DNA from: Candidatus Methylacidiphilales bacterium
GTDB taxonomy: Bacteria > Verrucomicrobiota > Verrucomicrobiia > Methylacidiphilales > UBA1321
NCBI GenBank assembly: GCA_035508775.1
Contig: DATJMI010000039.1
Location: forward strand, 11,857-75,856
Direction of reading: 5' to 3'
DNA length: 64,000 nt
Below are positions 57,331 to 64,000 of this stretch, in pieces. The translations under genes were made by a program, and so were the position numbers. Each line of letters begins with the position of its first letter. Positions within the stretch are counted from its first letter, which is position 1. The notes under the pieces are model-generated. The model made no database searches. It worked only from the letters and a program-made list of their open reading frames with translations, and had not been told where the DNA came from.

Positions 57331-57525
57331 CTATTCTTGGCGTGAAACCGGTTTCATGCCTTCCTTGTGCCACGGCGCTTTGGCGAAAGCCTCGGCGAAT
57401 TCAGTCGCTTCCTCAAGCCAAATAAGGTTTTCGCGGAAAGAACGGCTGGCGTCGCGGCGGAGCTGATAGAGTTCGGCCCCCTCCCAGTCGCAGGGCCAGG
57501 GTTCGGAGGGTTCATTAACTTTCAT
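57331..57525 (-). CDS. Small hypothetical protein coupled to nucleotidyltransferase
   Basis: 4-bp ATGA overlap with upstream gene; WEG...Q.R.......L.WLEE pattern. Confidence 0.65.
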   Translation of the reverse strand: MKVNEPSEPWPCDWEGAELYQLRRDASRSFRENLIWLEEATEFAEAFAKAPWHKEGMKPVSRQE

Positions 57526-58025
57526 TGGGAGGATGGGTAAAGTTTCCGCAACTTATCAATGTCGATACGATCTTGGTCCCGGCCCGCGGTGGTTTTGAGC
57601 GCGATCAACGTAGATACTGATACCACACGAACTCGGACATTGGGAGCGATATTTTTCCACTCGCCCGCCGCATATTCGGTATCGAAGGTGAAAGGTTCTT
57701 GGGGAAAAATGTCGATGACAACGTCGGGATAACTGTCGCTGACGAGATTAAAGACTTTCATGTTCCGGTTCTCGGTCCAGTCTTTGCGCAACGCGGGATC
57801 GGCAAAATCGGCAATGGATACAGGCATGGCAGGGTGGTAACCGAGAGAGTGGAGCGCGGCCAAAGCGCGGGGAAGATGGTTGGCCGAAAGATCGAGCACC
57901 AAGTCCAAATCCTTGGTCAAACGGACATAACCGTGCGCGATGACCGCCAAGCCGCCGACGACGAGGTAACGGGCATCCGCCTCCTGCAGGGCGCCGAAGA
58001 TGGCTTCGAGGCTTTTCAGTTTCAC
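57522..58025 (-). CDS. Pol-beta-type nucleotidyltransferase (DUF6036/AbiEii-like)
   Basis: VVGGLAV..HG..R.T.DLD, LIALK..AGR.QD..D. Confidence 0.8.
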   Translation of the reverse strand: MKLKSLEAIFGALQEADARYLVVGGLAVIAHGYVRLTKDLDLVLDLSANHLPRALAALHSLGYHPAMPVSIADFADPALRKDWTENRNMKVFNLVSDSYPDVVIDIFPQEPFTFDTEYAAGEWKNIAPNVRVRVVSVSTLIALKTTAGRDQDRIDIDKLRKLYPSSQ

Positions 58026-58027
58026 TT

Positions 58028-58302
58028 GAACTTATCTCAAAATTAACCAGGGGCGCGCGAAATGGATTTTTGCTTTTTAACGCGAAGTCGAGCGAGGAGC
58101 ATAGCCAGAGTGCTACGTGACGAGCAAGCGACGAAGTTAAAAGGCAAAAGGATTTTCGCCCCGAAGGGATTGCGGCGAATTTGGCCCAACTCTTCGTTGC
58201 TCCCTCAGTCGAGATGTGCTCCGGCATCACTCCTTCCGTCGCGCCTCGATTTAGGCCAAATTCGACTCACAACGCGCCCTTGGTTAATTTTGAGATAGGT
58301 TC
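58028..58302. repeat. Palindromic mosaic element D
   Basis: 30-bp TIRs GAACYTATCTCAAAATTAACCARGGGCGCG (28/30 match); core alignable to element A. Confidence 0.88.
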
Positions 58303-58385
58303 TTGGGCGATTTTGCTCTTTCCGGGAAAGGATTGGCAAGCGTGGGCCGCTTGCCTAGCGCAGCGGAGTCTGACATCTTGAAAAG

Positions 58386-59144
58386 ATGCCCGAGGATGAG
58401 AAGGAGCCGGAACTGGAAACAAAGCCGTTTCTGGCCCATCTGGAGGATCTGCGGTGGACCATCATCCGATGCATCGTTGTGTTGGCGATCGGGATTGTGA
58501 TCTGCGCTTTCTCGGCGCGGCATATTCTGGAGGCGCTCTACGAGCCGCTGCGCGACACGGGGCATGATCCAAAAGACTTTTTGCGAACGCTGGGGGTGGT
58601 GGACCCGTTTGCCATTCACATGGAGATCAGCCTCTTTGGCGGCGTGATTATTTCGCTGCCGTTCCTGCTCTATTTCACCGGACAGTTTCTTCTGCCGGCG
58701 CTGACCCCGCGCGAGAAGCGATTTCTCCTGCCAGTTTTTGCCGCGGGGGCGGTATTGTTCCTTATCGGGATAACGTTTTGCTACGCGTTTGTGCTCAAAA
58801 CCACGCTGCGGTTTTTCCTGGCCTACAACGATTATCTCGGTTTTGGCGCTATGTGGACGGCGAAGAGCCTCATTGATTTCGAGGTGCAGATGCTCGTCGG
58901 TTTCGGACTGGCGTTTGAGTTGCCGCTGGTGATTTTTGTGCTGAATTTGTTCGGGCTGGTGTCGAGCGAACAATTGGCCAGCAAGCGCCGGCACGCGGCG
59001 CTGATCATTTTCATCGCTTCGTGCTGCATCATTCCCACGCCCGATTTATTTTCCCTCTCGATCCTCTCCGTGCCGATGTATCTTCTTTACGAAGCCTGCA
59101 TTTGGGTGGCCCGGATTGTGGAAAGAAGAAAAAAGACGGAATGA
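58386..59144 (+). CDS. tatC: Twin-arginine translocase subunit TatC
   Basis: HLEDLR, PAL...EK, FG.AFELP, TPD...M..LYE. Confidence 0.95.
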   Translation: MPEDEKEPELETKPFLAHLEDLRWTIIRCIVVLAIGIVICAFSARHILEALYEPLRDTGHDPKDFLRTLGVVDPFAIHMEISLFGGVIISLPFLLYFTGQFLLPALTPREKRFLLPVFAAGAVLFLIGITFCYAFVLKTTLRFFLAYNDYLGFGAMWTAKSLIDFEVQMLVGFGLAFELPLVIFVLNLFGLVSSEQLASKRRHAALIIFIASCCIIPTPDLFSLSILSVPMYLLYEACIWVARIVERRKKTE

Positions 59145-59337
59145 CGAGCAAGGAAGCGGCCTCAAGCTGATATCGCTGGTGAACCTTGATCTTGTTTAAC
59201 GGCGGCGGCCTTGCTGATTAACCAGATCCGCTTCACCAATCAATGTCATGGACACGCGCGGGCATGAAAGCCGAAAAATCTTGAAAAGCAGAGAAGTGGA
59301 GAGAACATCACCATTCCCATTTTATTAGTTTCCCAAC

Positions 59338-61524
59338 ATGCATTCAGACATCACGGAAGGGGAGTCGTCCCCCGACCTTCCTCTCCTATCTCAAACCGGT
59401 CTGAAGTTATTTTTGCTCGGTTTTGCGACGCTCTTCCTGGAGCTTTTCTTCATCCGGTATTTGGCCGGCTCCATTTGGAACCTTGGCTACTTTCCAAACA
59501 TCGTCCTGCTTTCCGTCTTCATTGGCATGGGCGTGGGCTTCGTCTTTCATGACCGGGTCAAAGCTTCTCTTTCGAACATCGTGTTTCAGTGCGGCTTCGC
59601 CGGCGCCGTGGCGTTGATTTTGTTTGTCTCCTTCAATCACCCGATCGTTCCTGGATTTGACGTGTGGCACTACAATCTCGATGGAGATCTTTATTTCTCT
59701 TTTGTCCCCTTCAAAGTCAGCGACCTCAACTACCTTTTCTTCACCCTCTGTTTTGTGATGGTGGCGCTCATTTTCGCCTGCATCTCTCAGCGCACCGCCA
59801 AATTATTCCGGCAATTCTCCCCACTTAACGCCTATACCCTCGATATCCTTGGCTCTTGCGCCGGCATTCTTTCCTTCATCGCCATCAGCGCGTTGTGGCT
59901 GCCCGCCTGGTCGTGGTTCGTTTTCTTCACCCTGATCTTCATCTTCGCTATGGCCGGCAAAAGAATTGCGCGCGTCATCCCTCTCATCCTGGCCCTCCTC
60001 GCCGTCATCGTCATGTACCGGCAGGACCATATCCTCATGCGCGATCCGGGTTCACCCTATCTTGTGGGAACCACCTGGTCCCCCTACCAGAAAGTCGAGT
60101 ACGTCGAGGAACCGGGGCCGTCTGGCATCTTGCGGCGGCGCATTTTCGTGAATGGCCTCGACCATCAGGAGATACTTCTCAACCCGGAAAAGGTATTCTA
60201 CGGCATTCCCTACCAATACCGGAAACAGGCGGGCCTCCCGGCGCCGCGAAATGTCCTCGTCATCGGCGCTGGATCGGGCAACGACGTGACGGCCGCCCTG
60301 CGCAATGGCGCAACCCATGTCGACGCCGTCGAAATCGACCCCGTTATCGCCAGGATTGGCCGCGAACACAATCCCTCCGGCGCCTACAACGATCCTCGTG
60401 TCGAAGTCCACATCGACGACGGCCGCGCCTTCATGACGCAGACCCATCGCAAATACGACCTGATTGTCTTTGCGCTCACCGATTCGTTGGTGAAGGTCAG
60501 CTCCCTGAGCCAGCTCCGTCTCGAAAATTATCTCTTCACCCGCGAATCGGTCGAGAGGGCCTACGAACTCCTGAATGACCACGGCAATGTCGTCTTCTAC
60601 AACTTCTACCGCATCCCATTCGTTGCCCAAAAAATATATAACATGGTCAATCTGGTCACCGGCTCCCAGCCCCGAATCCTTGCCCAGCAGAGAGATTTTT
60701 ATATGCTCTGCGGCGAAAAAATAATGGGATCGGCTGAATTACCGTATATTGCAGACCTGAGCCCTGAGATACCGACGGATGACTGGCCCTTCCTTTATTT
60801 GGCGGGACGCGGAATTCCCAGCCTATACCTGAAAGCGATGCTCGGCGTCTCCATCCTGATCATCGGCCTGCTGGCCGCGCTCCATTTTGGCTCCAAAGAC
60901 AAGGAAAACGGCCGCGGCGAGGAGCTGCTCCCCATCAAGCTTGCGTTCATCTTCATGGGTATCGCCTTTCTCCTGCTCGAAACCAAAAGCGTTATCCAGT
61001 TCAGCCTCCTTTTCGGCACGACGTGGCTGAACAATTCGCTCATTTTCTTCGCCGTACTAATCTCCGTCCTGGCTGCCAACTGGACGGTCCAATGCCTCGC
61101 TCGGAAAGACCACGAAACGGCCTGGCTCCGGCTTTGGCTTCTTTACGGGTTCCTGGCCGCCTCGGTCCTGATTTCGCTCGTCTTTCCGCTCCATAACCTG
61201 CTCGCCATCGCAGGGATTTTTCCGCGTTTCATCGCGGCGAGCCTGCTGACTTTCCTCCCGATCTACTTCGCCAACCTCATCTTCAGCACGAGCTTCAAGG
61301 ACCACAAATGCGCCGAGCACCTCTTCGGCTGGAATCTGCTTGGGGCAACCTTCGGGGGCGTGCTTGAATACACCGGCATGGAGATCGGTTACAACGCCCT
61401 CTCCTTGATCGTTCTCGGATGTTACACGTTGGTCTTCTTTCTTCTTGCCTGGCCCCAAATGGCGGCTCCGCGAATGCCCAAAAGGCGCCTTATATTTCAA
61501 AACCGGACAGTTCAGCTTCATTAA
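59338..61524 (+). CDS. Membrane-embedded spermidine synthase-like SAM-dependent transferase
   Basis: N- and C-terminal TM bundles flanking IGAGSGND, VEIDP, DDGR, TDDWPF. Confidence 0.8.
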   Translation: MHSDITEGESSPDLPLLSQTGLKLFLLGFATLFLELFFIRYLAGSIWNLGYFPNIVLLSVFIGMGVGFVFHDRVKASLSNIVFQCGFAGAVALILFVSFNHPIVPGFDVWHYNLDGDLYFSFVPFKVSDLNYLFFTLCFVMVALIFACISQRTAKLFRQFSPLNAYTLDILGSCAGILSFIAISALWLPAWSWFVFFTLIFIFAMAGKRIARVIPLILALLAVIVMYRQDHILMRDPGSPYLVGTTWSPYQKVEYVEEPGPSGILRRRIFVNGLDHQEILLNPEKVFYGIPYQYRKQAGLPAPRNVLVIGAGSGNDVTAALRNGATHVDAVEIDPVIARIGREHNPSGAYNDPRVEVHIDDGRAFMTQTHRKYDLIVFALTDSLVKVSSLSQLRLENYLFTRESVERAYELLNDHGNVVFYNFYRIPFVAQKIYNMVNLVTGSQPRILAQQRDFYMLCGEKIMGSAELPYIADLSPEIPTDDWPFLYLAGRGIPSLYLKAMLGVSILIIGLLAALHFGSKDKENGRGEELLPIKLAFIFMGIAFLLLETKSVIQFSLLFGTTWLNNSLIFFAVLISVLAANWTVQCLARKDHETAWLRLWLLYGFLAASVLISLVFPLHNLLAIAGIFPRFIAASLLTFLPIYFANLIFSTSFKDHKCAEHLFGWNLLGATFGGVLEYTGMEIGYNALSLIVLGCYTLVFFLLAWPQMAAPRMPKRRLIFQNRTVQLH

Positions 61525-63430
61525 TGGCGTCGCGATGGGCCAGACGTTCGGCAAGCTTAAGCAGATGATCAAGGCATTGGTCCTTGGAAAGAAGATCGGC
61601 GCGGATTTCGAGCGTTGGCTGGGCCGGGGGCTCGTAGGGTGAGTCGATGCCGGTGAATCCCTTGATCTCGCCGGCGCGAACCTTTTTGTAGAGTCCCTTG
61701 GGGTCGCGTTCTTCGCAGATTTCGAGCGGCGTGCTGATGTAGATTTCGGCGAAGGGAATTCCGGCTTTGCGGATGATCTCGCCGGCTTTCTTGCGGTCCT
61801 GGGCGAAAGGTGAAATGAGGCAGACCACGACGACTAATCCCGCTTCGGCGAGGAGCTTGGCGATCTCGGCGGCGCGGCGGATGTTTTCCACCCGGTCGGC
61901 GTCGGAAAAGCCAAGGTCGGAGCAAAGACCGTGACGGAGATTATCGCCATCGACGAGAGTGGCGGCATACCCGCGTTTGAAGAGACGCGTTTGGAGAGCG
62001 GCGGCCAAGGTCGATTTGCCGGAGCCGGAGAGGCCGGTGAACCAGAGCACGGCGCCCCGGTGGCCGAAATGGTCGATGCGGGCCTGGCGGGAAATGGGAT
62101 CGTCGGTCCAGGAGAGATTGGTGCTGCGGATGATGTTGGCCGTTGGTTCGTACTTGGCGCCGAAGATGACGCCGCCGCCGCCGATGCGCCCATCCTGGAT
62201 GACGACAAAACGTCCGGTTTCCTGAATGGTGTCGCTGTTGTCGAAAGCGATGGGACGACGGGCGCGCCAAACGAGTTCGGCGACTTCATGGCGGGCGATC
62301 TCCGAACCTCGGTCGCTCAGCGGCGTCAGCGTGGCTGAATCCATCCGGCGGTTGATACGGACGAGCCGCGCTTCGACTTGTTGGGTGGCGAGCTTGAGCG
62401 TGTAATTCTGGCCGAGGCGGATCGGCTCATCGTGGAGCCAGAAGACACGGGCCGAAAATTCGCGGCCTTCGATGGGATCATGACCGGGATGGGCGGCGAT
62501 ATGGCCCCGCTCGACGAAAATCTGCTCTTCAAGCGTGAGGGCGACCGATTGCCCGGCCTGGGCGCTGGTTGGCCGTGGTTCGGTGGGCCACGTTTCGATG
62601 CTTTTGATCTTGCTCCGTTTGCCATCGGGCCAGAAGACGAGTTCATCGCCGGTCTTGAGGGAACCCGATTCGATCCGCCCCGCGATGAGGCGGCGGTCGT
62701 CGAAGCGGTAGATATCCTGGACGATGAACCGCAGGGGGCGGTCGACCGGGGCGGGCGGCAGTTGCAGATGATCCAGCGTGGCGAGGAGAGTGGCGCCCTG
62801 GAACCACGGCATCTTCTCGCTCGGCTTGACGATATTATGGCCGTGCTTGGCGGACATGGGAATGAACTGCAGCGGCTGGATGCCGAAAGGTCCGAGAAAC
62901 TCGCGGTAATCCTTCTCGAGACGGATGAAGGTTTCCTGCGAGAAATCGACCAGATCCATTTTATTGACGGCGACAAGAACCTGTTTGACGCCGAGAAGGG
63001 AGAGAAGATAACCGTGGCGGCGGGTCTGTTCCTGCAAGCCTTCGCGGGCGTCGAGCAGAACAATGGCGGCATCGGCGCTGGCGGCGCCGGTGATCATGTT
63101 TTTGAGAAACTCCTTATGGCCGGGCGCATCGACGATGACGTACCGGCGGGTCTCGGTGTGGAATTGAATCTGCGTCGTGTCGATGGTGATGTTTTGTTCC
63201 TGCTCCTCCAGCAGGGCATCGAGAAGAAAAGCGTATTCAAAGTCCATCCCTTCGGCGACGCATGCCTTCTGAATCTGCTCGATCTTGCCGTCGGGAAGAG
63301 AGTGGGTGTCGAAGAGAAGACGTCCGATAAGCGTCGACTTGCCATGGTCGACATGACCGACGATGACGATTTTGAGACGCTGGCTGTCGTCCTGGTGCGA
63401 ATTGTTGGAGGAAGGAACGGAGTTGGGCAT
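61490..63430 (-). CDS. cysNC: Bifunctional sulfate adenylyltransferase subunit 1 / APS kinase
   Basis: GHVDHGKST, DAPGH, NKMD plus WFTGLSGSGKST, DGDNLR, RDPKGLY. Confidence 0.93.
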   Translation of the reverse strand: MPNSVPSSNNSHQDDSQRLKIVIVGHVDHGKSTLIGRLLFDTHSLPDGKIEQIQKACVAEGMDFEYAFLLDALLEEQEQNITIDTTQIQFHTETRRYVIVDAPGHKEFLKNMITGAASADAAIVLLDAREGLQEQTRRHGYLLSLLGVKQVLVAVNKMDLVDFSQETFIRLEKDYREFLGPFGIQPLQFIPMSAKHGHNIVKPSEKMPWFQGATLLATLDHLQLPPAPVDRPLRFIVQDIYRFDDRRLIAGRIESGSLKTGDELVFWPDGKRSKIKSIETWPTEPRPTSAQAGQSVALTLEEQIFVERGHIAAHPGHDPIEGREFSARVFWLHDEPIRLGQNYTLKLATQQVEARLVRINRRMDSATLTPLSDRGSEIARHEVAELVWRARRPIAFDNSDTIQETGRFVVIQDGRIGGGGVIFGAKYEPTANIIRSTNLSWTDDPISRQARIDHFGHRGAVLWFTGLSGSGKSTLAAALQTRLFKRGYAATLVDGDNLRHGLCSDLGFSDADRVENIRRAAEIAKLLAEAGLVVVVCLISPFAQDRKKAGEIIRKAGIPFAEIYISTPLEICEERDPKGLYKKVRAGEIKGFTGIDSPYEPPAQPTLEIRADLLSKDQCLDHLLKLAERLAHRDAINEAELSGFEI

Positions 63431-63444
63431 GAGCTGATTCCGGT

Positions 63445-64000
63445 TTACATGAACCCTTTGGCGCGAAGTTTTTGCATGGCGTTGCGCTCGTGATGATCCT
63501 GGGCGCGTCCGGCGCGTTCGGAGGTTTTTGTCACTGCCAATTCGGCGATGATGTCGTCGATGGTGGCGGCGTTGCTGGAAACCGGCTTGGTGATAGGCCA
63601 GCAGCCGAGCGAACGGTAGCGCTTGCCGTCGCGGGCGAAATACATCTGGGGGATCGGAATATTATTGCGCTGGATGTAGCGCCAGATATCGGTTTCGGTC
63701 CAGTCCAGCAGAGGCTGGACACGGACGTGCTCGCCGGGTTCGACAGCAGTGGTGAATTGGCCCCAGAACTCGGGGGGCTGGTCCTTGTATTCCCACTCGA
63801 ACTGGGCGTTGCGGGGAGAGAAATAACGCTCCTTGGCACGGGTCGAATCCTCGTCACGGCGGATGCCGGTGATCAGGGCGTCGAATTTGTATTCCGTAAG
63901 AACCTGCTGGAGCGCGACGGTTTTAAGCTCATGGGTTACGGTTACCGGATCGTGCGTTTCGTAACCAACTCCGCGAGCGCGGGCTTCCTCGTTGATCTTG
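63445..64000 (-). CDS. cysD: Sulfate adenylyltransferase subunit 2, 3' part (runs off window end)
   Basis: Continuous frame GIRRDE..RAKER.FS.R, QPPEFW, RYRSLGC, LRAKGFM. Confidence 0.93.
   Translation of the reverse strand, partial: KINEEARARGVGYETHDPVTVTHELKTVALQQVLTEYKFDALITGIRRDEDSTRAKERYFSPRNAQFEWEYKDQPPEFWGQFTTAVEPGEHVRVQPLLDWTETDIWRYIQRNNIPIPQMYFARDGKRYRSLGCWPITKPVSSNAATIDDIIAELAVTKTSERAGRAQDHHERNAMQKLRAKGFM

Noticed and set aside
63445-63857. Apparent split of cysD in the ORF track
   Set aside because: Manual translation shows one continuous frame to the window edge; artefact of the missing start codon

Overview
GC-rich bacterial chromosome segment. Gene content and order (rplY-pth-rpsF-ssb, TMTC-like TPR protein, PVC-type hypotheticals) suggest Verrucomicrobiota; this is an inference. 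It is mostly housekeeping: tRNA modification (trmL, truA, queA, CCA-adding enzyme), translation (rplY, pth, rpsF, rpsB, tsf), LPS/envelope (gmhA, lptF/G, waaA, Wzz-like), xerC and xerD, hrpB, phoH-HD-ybeY, tatC and cysDNC. It also holds one tRNA-Leu(UAA) and an ECF-sigma/YciI/VOC cluster. The signals the ORF track does not explain are: (1) four ~270-285 bp mosaic palindromic elements with swappable termini and covarying hairpin arms, plus short end-scars at TAG stop codons; (2) a small islet bounded by tRNA-Leu and a degenerate copy of its 3' end, carrying a sensor adenylate cyclase; (3) an identically spaced promoter-like motif in front of both yciI genes; (4) deletion-collapsed chimeric genes (SDR::flavoprotein reductase, HicB::HicA); (5) two single-base frameshifts. 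No CRISPR array, rRNA or intact transposase was seen. All family assignments come from motif recognition by eye, not database searches.
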